Counted from the stretch's first letter, positions 17,019-28,670 are shown. The stretch is 64,000 nt of DNA from Tepidisphaera sp. (GCA_050916045.1 CP051526.1:1152001-1216000); one strand, 5' to 3'. The notes: generated from the sequence alone by a model not told the origin. Numbers and translations: made by a program.

Positions 17019-18299
17019 ATGCAGCGAAATCAATCGACGCGTGTGGTGATCACCGGCATCGGGGCTGTGACCAATCTCGGTCATGACGCTCCGTCCACCT
17101 GGGCTGGCATGCGCGAGGGCCGAAGCGGCATCAGCACCATCGAGGGTGATGACTTCAGGCTTTACCAGAACTGGGCCTGCACCATCGGCGGGCAGATCCG
17201 CGGCTGGGACGTCGCCCAGACCGGCGCCGTCGACCCGCGGGAAGCCCGCCGGCTCGACCGCGTGACGCATTTCGGGCTCGCTTCCGCTCACGAAGCCGTG
17301 CTCCAAGCCGGCATTGATTTTTCGAAGGAGAATCCGGAGCGGTGCGGCGTCATCGTCGGGAGCGGCATCGGCGGCATCAAGACGATCGAAGAGCAGACGC
17401 TCGTCATGCGTGACCGCGGGCCGGACCGGATCAACCCGTTCACTGTGCCGCGTCTGATGATCAACGCGACGGCCGGGAACATCTCGATCAAGTACGGCTT
17501 GCAGGGCCCGAGCAGCGCCCACGCCACGGCGTGCGCGAGCAGCGGGCACGCCATCGGCGAAGCGATCGACATCATCCAACGCGGCTGGGCCGATGTTGTT
17601 ATCGCCGGCGGCTGCGAGATGGCGGTGACGCCCCTGTGCATCGGCGCGTTCATGACGATGAAAGCCCTGTCGACGCGGAACGATGCGCCGACGAAAGCGA
17701 GCCGTCCCTTCGACAAGGATCGCGACGGGTTCGTCATGGGCGAGGGCGGCGCGATGATGGTGCTCGAAAGCGAAGCCCACGCAAAAGCCCGCGGTGCGAC
17801 GATCTACGCCGAGCTTCTCGGCGTCGGCAACACCTGCGACGCTGGCCACATCACGGCTCCCGACCCCAACGGCGGAGGCGCGGCCCGGTCGATGAAGATG
17901 GCTCTTCGCGAGTCGAACCTCAACCCGACGGACATCGGGTACGTCAACGCCCACGGCACGAGCACGCCCCTTGGCGACAAAGCCGAGGTGATGGCGGCCC
18001 TGAGCGTCTTCGGCGACCACGCTCGCAAATCCGCGGGTGGCAAGCTGCTGATGAGCTCGACCAAGAGCATGCACGGGCACACGCTCGGAGCGTCGGGCGC
18101 GGTCGAGATGATCGCGTGCATCCACGCGGTGCGCGAGGGGATCATCGCTCCGACGATCAATCTCGACTCGCCGGATGAAGGCTTTGACGTGGACCTGGTG
18201 CCGCACCACGCCCGCGAGCGTCGCGTGAAGTACGCGATGAACAACACGTTCGGCTTCGGCGGTCACAACGTGACGCTGATCGTCGGGCGGTACGAGTAA
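17019..18299 (+). CDS. fabF: Beta-ketoacyl-ACP synthase II
   Basis: TACASS, NAHGTST, KSMHGHTLGA, FGFGGHN. Confidence 0.97.
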   Translation: MQRNQSTRVVITGIGAVTNLGHDAPSTWAGMREGRSGISTIEGDDFRLYQNWACTIGGQIRGWDVAQTGAVDPREARRLDRVTHFGLASAHEAVLQAGIDFSKENPERCGVIVGSGIGGIKTIEEQTLVMRDRGPDRINPFTVPRLMINATAGNISIKYGLQGPSSAHATACASSGHAIGEAIDIIQRGWADVVIAGGCEMAVTPLCIGAFMTMKALSTRNDAPTKASRPFDKDRDGFVMGEGGAMMVLESEAHAKARGATIYAELLGVGNTCDAGHITAPDPNGGGAARSMKMALRESNLNPTDIGYVNAHGTSTPLGDKAEVMAALSVFGDHARKSAGGKLLMSSTKSMHGHTLGASGAVEMIACIHAVREGIIAPTINLDSPDEGFDVDLVPHHARERRVKYAMNNTFGFGGHNVTLIVGRYE

Positions 18300-18332
18300 G
18301 CAGCGCGGCTGAGAGCGCGAACAGCCGCGGAA

Positions 18333-18962
18333 TCAGCGGTCGCGACAACCTTCGTCCATCAGAAAGTGCCACAGCGTGGGATACTCGGGGTGAGCATTCT
18401 CGGGGTGTCCTTGCTCCCACAGGAAGACCTGACCGCCGACGGGTTCAACCCAGTATTCAAGCTCGGGCTCGTGGTGCGAAGCACCGATTCGAAGAAATCC
18501 GGGGCGTTGCCGTGCTTTCGCGATCGGCTGCTTGAAGTCGATCTGAGCGCCAATGCCTGAGATTTGACCCACAGCGTCAAGTGTCTCATGCCAGTCCGAA
18601 GGCCACCGATCACGGGTCGCGGGATCGACGTGGTCGCGGTCGGGTTGACGCGCGAGCCATTTCAGTACCGACGACTTCGCTTCGTCGGTCGGAACGCGGA
18701 AGAGTTTCGCAAGATCGTCGTCACGGTCCTTCATGTCGCTGTCGTGCCAGCGGTCCGACCACCGGAGGAAGAGAGCGCCGAAGCCGGTGAAAGCGATGCC
18801 GGCAGCAACACCCGCAGGAATCGTCCACCAATGGAACGCGCGGAAGACCGCGAAAAGCACGGCCGAGCCGAAAGCCGCGGTGTATGGAAGCGAGTTCAGC
18901 CAGTATCGACGCCATGTCCATGGCGTGGAAGTTTCGGCGGGTGATCGAAAGCTCGGAATCAA
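18333..18962 (-). CDS. Hypothetical membrane protein; C-terminus possibly SUKH/SMI1-like
   Basis: Two TM helices, then FLRIG...YWV.P..GQVFLW...YPTLWHFL. TTG start chosen because TATGAT lies at 18977-18972. Confidence 0.55.
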   Translation of the reverse strand: MIPSFRSPAETSTPWTWRRYWLNSLPYTAAFGSAVLFAVFRAFHWWTIPAGVAAGIAFTGFGALFLRWSDRWHDSDMKDRDDDLAKLFRVPTDEAKSSVLKWLARQPDRDHVDPATRDRWPSDWHETLDAVGQISGIGAQIDFKQPIAKARQRPGFLRIGASHHEPELEYWVEPVGGQVFLWEQGHPENAHPEYPTLWHFLMDEGCRDR

Positions 18963-19012
18963 GCTTGCGACATCATACGGAAAAACGAGGAACGCGAGGC
19001 ACGCCGGACGAA

Positions 19013-19312
19013 TCAACGGTCGCGTATCGACGCCGGGCTCGTTCCGCCGCACTCAGGTCAGTTGTTCTTCGGGCTCAGGCCTTCAAACGAATAGCCGCAC
19101 TTTGCGCAACGATCGGCGGCTTTCGGCTTTGGTTCGATGCCCGAAAGTCGCCAGCCCGACAGCGCGGCAAGGGCCCAGATCGCACCGACGTAACCGACCT
19201 GAACCCATGGGTCAGCGGTGCTCAAAGTTGGTCCCAGTGTGACTCTGCCGACGAAAAAGAGAACCCCCGCGACGAGTAGCGTCCACAGTGCCGCTCCGAG
19301 AAGCCTGCTCAC
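19013..19312 (-). pseudogene. Small 2-TM protein with a zinc ribbon interrupted by in-frame TGA (19060-19058)
   Basis: CAKCGYSFEGLSPKNN-TGA-PECGG...; the ORF stops at 19058 unless the TGA is read through. Confidence 0.55.
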
Positions 19313-20385
19313 GCTTGGTCGCCCAACCCCTCGCCGCCGATCGTCACCGCCACAGCAGTTCCTCCGTAGGAATCCGGCGTGATCGGCGTCTTGAGCACGC
19401 GGATGCGGCGGCTTTCGGGGTCGATGCCCTTGGCGTGCATCATCTTCTTCAGGGTGCCGGGCAGGTTGAACTCGACATCCTCATCGACGACGTCCCACTG
19501 CTCAAGCGTCGCGCCGTGGCGGTTCACGAACGCTCGACAGATCGAAGCGACGAGGTCCTCGGGGGCGCTCGCGCCAGCGGTCAAAAGCACGGTCGGAGCC
19601 GCTCCGTCCTGACGCTTGCGAAGCGGGAGCGGCTCGGGCAATTCGCTCACGTCATCCACGAGGATCGCCGGCGTGCCGACGTTCTCCGAGATCTCCGTGA
19701 GGCGGACGGAGTTCGACGAGTTCTTACTGCCCACGACGATGACGAGGTCGCACTCGGGCGCGATGCGGCGGACGGCGTGCTGGCGGTTGGTGGTCGCGTA
19801 GCAGATGTCCTCGCTTGGCGGTGCTTTGAGGAGCGGAAACGCGGCTTTGAGAGCGTTGATGATGACTGCGGCGTCGTCGGTGCTCAACGTCGTTTGGGTC
19901 AGATAGACGAGCTTGGCCGGGTCGCGGATCAGAAGCTTGGGGATGTCATCGGGCGATTCGACGACCTGCGTCGCGTCGGGAGCTTCGCCGCTGGTGCCGA
20001 CGATCTCCTGGTGGTTGCGGTGGCCGACGAGGAGGATCTGGTAGCCTTGCCGGGCGTAGCGGACGGCTTCGGAGTGGACCTTGGTGACGAGGGGGCAGGT
20101 GGCGTCGATGGCGGTGAGGCTCCGCGAGCGGGCGTGCTCACGGACCTGGGGCGAGACGCCGTGGGCGCTGAAGACGACGATCTTGCCGTGGGGGACCTCG
20201 TCGAGGTCATCGACGAAGACGGCTCCGCGGCCGCGGAGGCGGGCGACGACGTGCTTGTTGTGGACGATCTCGTGGTAGACGTAGATCGGGCGTTCGTCGA
20301 TGATGTCGAGGACCTGGTCGACGACGTCGATGGCCATGCGCACGCCGGCACAGAACCCGCGCGGATTGGCCAGAATCAGTTTCAT
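19309..20385 (-). CDS. ispH: 4-hydroxy-3-methylbut-2-enyl diphosphate reductase
   Basis: PRGFCAGV, IVHN, SAHG, DATCPLVTKVH, ICYATTNRQ, SSNS, TAGASAP. Confidence 0.97.
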   Translation of the reverse strand: MKLILANPRGFCAGVRMAIDVVDQVLDIIDERPIYVYHEIVHNKHVVARLRGRGAVFVDDLDEVPHGKIVVFSAHGVSPQVREHARSRSLTAIDATCPLVTKVHSEAVRYARQGYQILLVGHRNHQEIVGTSGEAPDATQVVESPDDIPKLLIRDPAKLVYLTQTTLSTDDAAVIINALKAAFPLLKAPPSEDICYATTNRQHAVRRIAPECDLVIVVGSKNSSNSVRLTEISENVGTPAILVDDVSELPEPLPLRKRQDGAAPTVLLTAGASAPEDLVASICRAFVNRHGATLEQWDVVDEDVEFNLPGTLKKMMHAKGIDPESRRIRVLKTPITPDSYGGTAVAVTIGGEGLGDQA

Positions 20386-20514
20386 CGGGCGATTCTAGTG
20401 GGGCGGGATGGCGGGTGTTCGACGGGCCCACGCCGGGCCCGGCTGTCAGAACGGCAGGGTGGGCGGTCGCCGCAGCCGGGGATGCGGCTTTGGCGGGTTG
20501 CGGCGCGTTCCTGA

Positions 20515-22395
<1,881 letters not shown>

Positions 22396-22407
22396 GCCGA
22401 GGATCGA

Positions 22408-22707
22408 ATGGCGAAGCCCATCGAGGCCAACGAGATCGGCGGACCATCCAGATGGCCCTCACGCATCTGGGTAGCAGGACAAGAGTTCGAAGTTGAGTGG
22501 TTCTGGCATGAAGAGCAGGTTCGTGAAGGGTTTCGAGGATGGGCGGCCCGAACGCAGTGCAAGGGTCGCGAGCTTCGTGCCGGAGCTGAGAGTTGGTCGG
22601 AGACGTTGGCTCGTTTAGCGATGGATGTTCGGAACACGCTGGGAGTTTTGGATGACGAGTTCCGGGTCGAGCTTCCAATGAGCCTGACCCGGTTGCGTGA
22701 TCTGTAA
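22408..22707 (+). CDS. Hypothetical protein (99 aa)
   Basis: Fills the gap after groEL, SD GAGG, atypical codon usage. Confidence 0.45.
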   Translation: MAKPIEANEIGGPSRWPSRIWVAGQEFEVEWFWHEEQVREGFRGWAARTQCKGRELRAGAESWSETLARLAMDVRNTLGVLDDEFRVELPMSLTRLRDL

Positions 22708-22718
22708 AGGAGATTGTC

Positions 22719-22964
22719 ATGGCGAAGGCAAAGGATCTTGGCGGGAAGAACGGGTTGCTTGGGGCGGGCGGCACGGGTGGCCTTGGTGGCAACCTGAGCG
22801 GGAACCTCACGGGCAAGCTCAACCTCAACACGGGGAACACCCCCGGCCTCGTCGGCGGCAAGGGCACCGGGCCGACGGGCGGACCTCACGCGATCAAGGC
22901 GCACGGGAACGTCAAGGGCGGCGGGGTGGACAAGTCGTCGGTGTCGCGCCGGCCGAAGGTGTGA
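22719..22964 (+). CDS. Small Gly/Asn/Lys-rich hypothetical protein (81 aa)
   Basis: Strong SD AAAGGAGA and host-like codon usage. Confidence 0.7.
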   Translation: MAKAKDLGGKNGLLGAGGTGGLGGNLSGNLTGKLNLNTGNTPGLVGGKGTGPTGGPHAIKAHGNVKGGGVDKSSVSRRPKV

Positions 22965-22970
22965 GTGGAA

Positions 22971-23002
22971 GAGACGAAGAGAACAAGAGACGCAGAGACG
23001 GA
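22971..23002 (+). repeat. Four degenerate 8-bp tandem repeats
   Basis: GAGACGAA-GAGAACAA-GAGACGCA-GAGACGGA. Confidence 0.6.
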
Positions 23003-23024
23003 GTGAAAGAGCAAAGCGCTGTGC

Positions 23025-23744
23025 ATGGAACAACTGCTCGCCATCTACGAGAAGGTCAAGGACCTGCCGGGGTTCCTGGAGGGATTTGTCCAGGACCACG
23101 GGCTTTGGGTCTACGCGCTGCTGTTTGCGATTATCTTCGCCGAGACGGGGCTTGTGATCATGCCGTTCCTGCCGGGGGACAGCCTGCTGTTCACTGTGGG
23201 GGCGTTGGCGGCGCCGGGGGAGAGTCGCGGGCCGATTCTGAATGTTTGGTGGTCGCTGGGGCTGCTGACGTTCGCGGCGATCCTCGGGGATGCGGTGAAC
23301 TACCACATCGGCAAGTGGATCGGGCCCCGGGTCTTCAAGAGCGAGCCGGGGCAAGGCTCGTCGCGGCTGGAGCGGATGCTCAACCGGCGGCACTTGCAGA
23401 AGGCGCACGACTTCTTCGAGAAGTATGGCGGCAAAGCGGTGATCCTCGGGCGGTTCGTCCCCATCGTGCGGACGTTTGTGCCGTTCGTGGCGGGTGCGGG
23501 GGCGATGACGTACCCGAAGTTCGTGCTGTACAACATCGTCGGGGCGTTCATCTGGGTGTGGGTCTGCGTCGGGGCGGGGTGGTTCTTCGGGAACATCCCG
23601 TGGGTGCGGCGGAACTTCGAGGCGGTCGTGATCGGCATCATCGTCGTGAGCGTGCTCCCCGTGGTCGTCGAGGTCTGGCTGGAGCGTCGTCGCTCCAAGC
23701 TCGCTGCGTCCGCGGTCGCGGTCACGACGGAGGACAAGCCCTGA
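23025..23744 (+). CDS. DedA family membrane protein
   Basis: FAETGL..PFLPGDSLLF, GDAVNY.IG, RFVPIVRTFVPFVAG. Confidence 0.95.
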   Translation: MEQLLAIYEKVKDLPGFLEGFVQDHGLWVYALLFAIIFAETGLVIMPFLPGDSLLFTVGALAAPGESRGPILNVWWSLGLLTFAAILGDAVNYHIGKWIGPRVFKSEPGQGSSRLERMLNRRHLQKAHDFFEKYGGKAVILGRFVPIVRTFVPFVAGAGAMTYPKFVLYNIVGAFIWVWVCVGAGWFFGNIPWVRRNFEAVVIGIIVVSVLPVVVEVWLERRRSKLAASAVAVTTEDKP

Positions 23745-24217
23745 TGGCCAAGCACCAGGATAACTGCGAGATCTGCAAGCGGATCGGCGAAGCCCGCGAG
23801 GGACGCCACGCCGGCCTGATCGCCGAACTCGACACCGGATACGCGGTGCTCGGGGATTCGCAGTTCTTCCGCGGGTACTCGGTGCTTCTCTGCAAGACGC
23901 CCGCGACGGAGCTTTTCGAGCTCCCCCGCGAGACGCGGGCCCGGTATCTCGAAGAGGTGTCGCAGCTTGCCGAAGCGGTGGCGAAAGCGACCGGCTGCCA
24001 CAAGATCAACTACGAGTGCCTGGGCAACCAGGTGCACCACCTGCATTTCCACGTCTTCCCGCGCCGCGAGACCGATCCTCAGCCGCTCATGCCGGTCTGG
24101 GGGCAGATGCCCGCGGGGAGCGACGCCGAGAAGTACAAGTTTGAACCGTCGCGCGACGGCGCGATGAAGGAATCGATCGCGAAGGAACTGAGGAACATCC
24201 GGGCTTCGTCGCGTTGA
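23744..24217 (+). CDS. HIT family hydrolase
   Basis: CEIC, LGNQVHHLHFHVFPR histidine triad; TGATG overlap with dedA. Confidence 0.92.
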   Translation: MAKHQDNCEICKRIGEAREGRHAGLIAELDTGYAVLGDSQFFRGYSVLLCKTPATELFELPRETRARYLEEVSQLAEAVAKATGCHKINYECLGNQVHHLHFHVFPRRETDPQPLMPVWGQMPAGSDAEKYKFEPSRDGAMKESIAKELRNIRASSR

Positions 24218-24286
24218 CGAACCCGCCGAGAGTCATGCCGATTTGGAACCGATCCCTCGCAGCGAGGGGCTTTTGAAGGAGTGACC

Positions 24287-24577
24287 ATGTCTGTGAAGCC
24301 GCTTGAAGACCGTGTGCTGGTGAAGCCGACCGAAGCCGAGAGCAAGACCTCCAGCGGCTTGTACCTGCCCGAATCCTCGAAGGAGAAGCCGGTCCGCGGC
24401 GAGGTCGTCGCCATCGGGCCGGGCAAGCGCCTCGAGAACGGCAAACGCGCCGAGATGAACGTCCGCAAGGGCGACACCGTCGTCTACGGCAAGTACTCGG
24501 GCACGGAAGTCGAGATCAAGGGCGTGAAGCACCTCATCCTCCGCGAGAGCGAGCTGCTCGGCGTCATCGAGGGCTAA
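24287..24577 (+). CDS. groS: Co-chaperonin GroES
   Basis: KPLEDRVLV, SGLYLPESSKEKP, GKYSGTEV. Confidence 0.97.
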   Translation: MSVKPLEDRVLVKPTEAESKTSSGLYLPESSKEKPVRGEVVAIGPGKRLENGKRAEMNVRKGDTVVYGKYSGTEVEIKGVKHLILRESELLGVIEG

Positions 24578-24622
24578 GAGGCACGGGCGTTCGGGCAAGT
24601 TCGGATTTTACAGCGCCTTCCA

Positions 24623-24651
24623 CCAGTGCCAAGCGCCTGGTGCCAAGTGCC
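24623..24651. repeat. TGCCAAG-type heptamer repeats; left arm of the inverted repeat around groEL copy 2
   Basis: CCTGGTGCCAAGTGCC (24636-24651) is the exact reverse complement of 26325-26340. Confidence 0.75.
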
Positions 24652-24665
24652 TAAGGAGTTTGAAA

Positions 24666-26291
24666 ATGGCTAACAAGCAACTGATGTTCAAAGACTCGGC
24701 CCTGGCCGAGATGAAGAAGGGTGTCGATGCGCTCGCCACCGCGGTCAAGTGCACGATGGGCCCGGCTGGGCGTCACGTCGTGATCGAGAAGTCCTACGGC
24801 GGCCCCGCCATCACCAAGGACGGCGTCTCGGTGTCGAAGGAGGTCTCCCTCCCCGATCCGTTCCAGGCGATGGGCGCGAAGATGGTCAACGAGGTCGCCA
24901 AGAAGACCGCGGACATCGCCGGCGACGGCACGACCGCCGCGACCGTGCTCGCTCAGGCGATCTTCTCCGAGGGCATCCGCCACGTGACGGTGGGAGCCAA
25001 CCCCGTGCTCCTCCAGCGCGGCATCACCGCCGCCGCGATCGCCGCGGGCGCCGCCATCGACCAGATGGCCACCAAGTGCAAGGGCAAGGACGACTACGCC
25101 AAGATCGCGACCGTCTCCGCCAACCACGACGCTTCCATCGGCAACCTCATCGCCGAAGCGATCGCCAAGGTCGGCCCCGATGGCGTCTGCGAGATCGAGG
25201 ACGGCAAGACCGCCGAGACGACGCTCGATTACGTCGAGGGCATGCAGTTCGACAAGGGCTACCTCTCGCCCTACTTCATGACCGATCCCAAGACCGCCGA
25301 GTGCGTGCTTGAGGACGCTTACATCCTCCTTTACGAGAAGAAGATCAGCAACCTTGTCGACCTTCTCCCGATGCTGAACAAGATCGCGGTCGCGAGCAAG
25401 CCGATCCTGCTCGTCGCCGAAGATGTCGAGAACGAAGCCCTCGCGACGCTCGTGGTCAACCGCCTCCGCGGCACGCTCCGCATCTGCGCGGTGAAAGCCC
25501 CCGGCTTCGGCGACCGCCGCAAAGCCATGATGGCCGACATCGCCACCCTCACGGGCGGTACGTTCTTCGCCGAGGACCTCGGCCGAAGCCTTGACTCGAT
25601 CGAGCTCTCAGAGCTCGGCCGCGCCAAGAAGATCGTCATCACCAAGGACGACACCACCATCATCGAAGGCGCCGGCAAGAAAGCCGACATCCAGACCCGC
25701 GCGGGCCAGATCAAAGCCCAGCACGACAAGAGCACCAGCGACTACGACCGCGAGAAGCTCATGGAGCGCCTCGCCAAGCTCACCTCCGGCGTGGCGATGA
25801 TCCACGTCGGCGGCGAGACCGAGATGGTCCAGAAAGCCCGCAAGGACATGGTCGACGACGCTCTCCACGCGACCCGCGCGGCAGCGAAGGAAGGCTACGT
25901 CCCCGGCGGCGGCGTCGCTCTGCTCCGCACGCAGGACGCGATCATGACCGCGAGCAAGAAAGCCAAGACCGACGATGAGAAGACCGGGTTCCAGATCGTC
26001 GCCAAGGCCGTCGAAGCCTGCGCGTACACGATCGCGGAGAACGCCGGGTACGACGGCGACGTCGTGGTCGAGAAGGTCAAGGAAGGCGGCAAGGGCGGCA
26101 CGTCCTACGGCTTCAACGCCGCGACCGGCGAGTACACCGACCTGGTGAAAGCCGGCATCATCGACCCGGCGCTGGTCGCGAAGACCGCCCTGACGAATGC
26201 GGCGTCCGTCGCGGGCCTGATGCTCACGACCGACGTGCTGATCACCGACCTCAAGGATGACACCGACGCGGCCGACGGCGCGACGGTTTGA
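24666..26291 (+). CDS. groL: Chaperonin GroEL (copy 2, divergent, no GGM tail)
   Basis: TMGPAGRH, GDGTTAAT, EGMQFDKGYLSP; acidic C-terminus. Confidence 0.97.
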   Translation: MANKQLMFKDSALAEMKKGVDALATAVKCTMGPAGRHVVIEKSYGGPAITKDGVSVSKEVSLPDPFQAMGAKMVNEVAKKTADIAGDGTTAATVLAQAIFSEGIRHVTVGANPVLLQRGITAAAIAAGAAIDQMATKCKGKDDYAKIATVSANHDASIGNLIAEAIAKVGPDGVCEIEDGKTAETTLDYVEGMQFDKGYLSPYFMTDPKTAECVLEDAYILLYEKKISNLVDLLPMLNKIAVASKPILLVAEDVENEALATLVVNRLRGTLRICAVKAPGFGDRRKAMMADIATLTGGTFFAEDLGRSLDSIELSELGRAKKIVITKDDTTIIEGAGKKADIQTRAGQIKAQHDKSTSDYDREKLMERLAKLTSGVAMIHVGGETEMVQKARKDMVDDALHATRAAAKEGYVPGGGVALLRTQDAIMTASKKAKTDDEKTGFQIVAKAVEACAYTIAENAGYDGDVVVEKVKEGGKGGTSYGFNAATGEYTDLVKAGIIDPALVAKTALTNAASVAGLMLTTDVLITDLKDDTDAADGATV

Positions 26292-26298
26292 TGAGGAA

Positions 26299-26340
26299 GG
26301 CACTGGCACTGGGCACTGGCACTTGGCACTTGGCACCAGG
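26299..26340. repeat. GGCACT(G/T) tandem repeats, six copies
   Basis: GGCACT-GGCACTG-GGCACT-GGCACTT-GGCACTT-GGCACCAGG. Confidence 0.8.
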
Positions 26341-26432
26341 GTCCAGAGTCTGAAGAACTGAATGCCAAGGTCCGCGTTCGAGAGGACGCGGACCTTCTTT
26401 CCGGACAAGCACCAAGGGGCCATCGCAACGAG

Positions 26433-26915
26433 ATGCCGACGATTGAAGTGGTCCAAGGCGATTTGCTGGCGCAGCCCGTAGAGGCGATCGTGAACCCGTG
26501 GAATCGGAACTTCATCCCCTGGTGGCTCTTGCTTCCGCAGGGGGTTTCCGGAGCGATCAAGAAGCGGGGGGGCCTTCAGCCCTTTCGCGAGGTCGCCAAA
26601 GCCGGAGTCTTGAGCTTGGGCCAAGCGGTGGTTACAAGTGCCGGACGCCTGCCATTCAAAGCGATCATCCACGTCGCCGGCATCAACATGCTCTGGCGAG
26701 CCAGTGAGCGATCCATCTGTGACTCTGTGCGGAACGCGATCGACGCGGCCACTGGACGCGGGCTGGCTTCGCTCGCGACCCCTCTGATCGGATCGGGTTC
26801 CGGCGGCTTCTCTGCAAGCCGCGCGAAAGACCTGATCATCGAAGAAGCTCGGAAATCATCCCACAACCTCAAGGTGGTCGTCGTTGAGTACGCGCCCACA
26901 GCCAAGACGCGGTGA
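26433..26915 (+). CDS. Macro domain protein
   Basis: GDL, AIVNPWN, GVSGAI, IIHVAG, PLIGSG.GG. Confidence 0.88.
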   Translation: MPTIEVVQGDLLAQPVEAIVNPWNRNFIPWWLLLPQGVSGAIKKRGGLQPFREVAKAGVLSLGQAVVTSAGRLPFKAIIHVAGINMLWRASERSICDSVRNAIDAATGRGLASLATPLIGSGSGGFSASRAKDLIIEEARKSSHNLKVVVVEYAPTAKTR

Positions 26916-26923
26916 ATCAAACC

Positions 26924-28078
26924 ATGCCAGTCCAACGCGACTTCTACGAAATCCTCGGTCTCGACAAGTCCGCCGACGCGGAAGAGATCAAGCGCGCGTA
27001 CCGCCGTCTCGCGATGAAGTACCACCCGGACCGCAATCCGGGCGATGCGGAAGCCGAGAAGAACTTCAAGGAAGCCGCCGCTGCGTACGAGGTCCTGGCG
27101 GACGAGCAGAAGCGCAAGATCTACGACCAGTACGGCCACGATGGCTTGCGCGGAGCGGGGAACGCCGGACACGATTTCAACCGCATGAACGTCGAGGACA
27201 TCTTCTCGATGTTCGGCGACCTCTTCGGCGGCATGGGCGGCATGGGTGGGGGGGGCGGCCGCGGACGCGGCGGTCCCGCTCGCGGCTACGACCTCGAATA
27301 CGAGGTCGAGGTCACGCTTGAGGATGTGCTCAAGGGCTGCGAACGCGATGTCGAGTTCCAGCGTGCCGACGTGTGCGAGCCCTGCCGCGGTTCGGGCGCC
27401 AAACCCGGCTCCAAGCCCGCCAAGTGCCCGACCTGCGGCGGTCAGGGCAAGGTCCAGCAGACCGGCATGGGCGGCATGTTCCGCATGGTGACCAACTGTC
27501 CCGCGTGCCAGGGCCGCGGCAGCGTCGTCAAAGACAAGTGCGAGACGTGTCGCGGCAAGGGGCGCGTCCCGAAGAACCGCAAGCTCTCGATGAAGATTCC
27601 CGCCGGCATCTCCGACGGCCAGGCTGTCCGCGTGCAGGGCGAGGGTGAGCCGCCGCCCCAGGAGGTCTCACCCGGCGGCGAGGGCCAGCGCGGCGATCTT
27701 CACGTCGTCGTCCGCGTCGCGGAGCACGAGCTCTACCAGCGCGAGGGCGACCACCTCGTCATGAAGATGCCCATCAGCTTCACCCAGGTTTCACTCGGCG
27801 CCGAGGTCGAGGTGCCGACAATCGACGGGAAAGCGATGCTCACGATTCCGCGCGGCACGCCGCACGGAACCCTGCTCAAACTCGCGGGCAAGGGCCTTCC
27901 GAACCTTCGGTCCCAGCGCCGCGGCGACATGGGCGTGGTCGTCCTCATCGAGGTGCCCAAGAAGCTCACCGCCCGGCAGGAAGAGCTCCTCCGCGAGTTC
28001 GCCAAGACCGAGGAGAAGAGCGTCATGCCCGAGCGCGACGGCTTTTGGAAGAAGGTCAAGGAAGCCTTCAGCGGGTGA
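26924..28078 (+). CDS. dnaJ: Chaperone DnaJ
   Basis: J-domain HPD, G/F region, four CxxCxGxG motifs. Confidence 0.98.
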   Translation: MPVQRDFYEILGLDKSADAEEIKRAYRRLAMKYHPDRNPGDAEAEKNFKEAAAAYEVLADEQKRKIYDQYGHDGLRGAGNAGHDFNRMNVEDIFSMFGDLFGGMGGMGGGGGRGRGGPARGYDLEYEVEVTLEDVLKGCERDVEFQRADVCEPCRGSGAKPGSKPAKCPTCGGQGKVQQTGMGGMFRMVTNCPACQGRGSVVKDKCETCRGKGRVPKNRKLSMKIPAGISDGQAVRVQGEGEPPPQEVSPGGEGQRGDLHVVVRVAEHELYQREGDHLVMKMPISFTQVSLGAEVEVPTIDGKAMLTIPRGTPHGTLLKLAGKGLPNLRSQRRGDMGVVVLIEVPKKLTARQEELLREFAKTEEKSVMPERDGFWKKVKEAFSG

Positions 28079-28127
28079 TAGAGTTGGGGTGGTCCGGTGT
28101 GTACGCGGTTGAAAGGTCGGAAAAGCC

Positions 28128-28661
28128 ATGGCAGATGACAAGAACGATTCCGGGATGGACATGAGCGACGAGGTCGAGTCCGCAGCTCAGCTCGGCGAAC
28201 GCGTCGAGAAGCTCGAAGCCGAGCTCGCCGAAGCCAATAGCAAGTACCTCCGCCTCGCGGCCGACTTTCAGAACAGCCAGCGCAGGGCTATCCAGAGCGA
28301 GCAGCAAGCCAAGCTCCAGGGCATGACCTCCGTCACCGCAAGCGTGCTCACCGTGCTCGACCACTTCGACCTCGCCCTCACCGTCGATCCCTCCAAAGCC
28401 TCCGTCACGCAGGTCATCGACGGCGTCAAGGTCATCCGCGATGAACTCATGAAGACCCTCGTCAACCACGGCGTCGGCGTCATCACGCCCCAGCCCGGCG
28501 ACACGTTCGAGCCCGGCCGCCACGAAGCCGTCATCCAGCAGGCCGCCGAAGGCGTGGGTCCCGGCCTCATCGCGTCGTGCTTCCAGTCCGGATACACCAT
28601 CACCGCCGGCGGCACCGAACGCGTCGTCCGACCCGCGAAGGTCGCGGTCACCCCCGCGTGA
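28128..28661 (+). CDS. grpE: Nucleotide exchange factor GrpE
   Basis: RLAADFQN.RR, F.P..HEAV, GY...VVRPAKV. Confidence 0.95.
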   Translation: MADDKNDSGMDMSDEVESAAQLGERVEKLEAELAEANSKYLRLAADFQNSQRRAIQSEQQAKLQGMTSVTASVLTVLDHFDLALTVDPSKASVTQVIDGVKVIRDELMKTLVNHGVGVITPQPGDTFEPGRHEAVIQQAAEGVGPGLIASCFQSGYTITAGGTERVVRPAKVAVTPA

Positions 28662-28670
28662 GGATCCACG

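Noticed and set aside
16692..18299. Type II PKS or secondary metabolite cluster
   Set aside because: Canonical AcpP and FabF with no chain-length factor or tailoring genes.
22697..24217. 506-aa ORF
   Set aside because: Only the last 157 aa (HIT) are credible; the rest overlaps the micro-protein and dedA in another frame.
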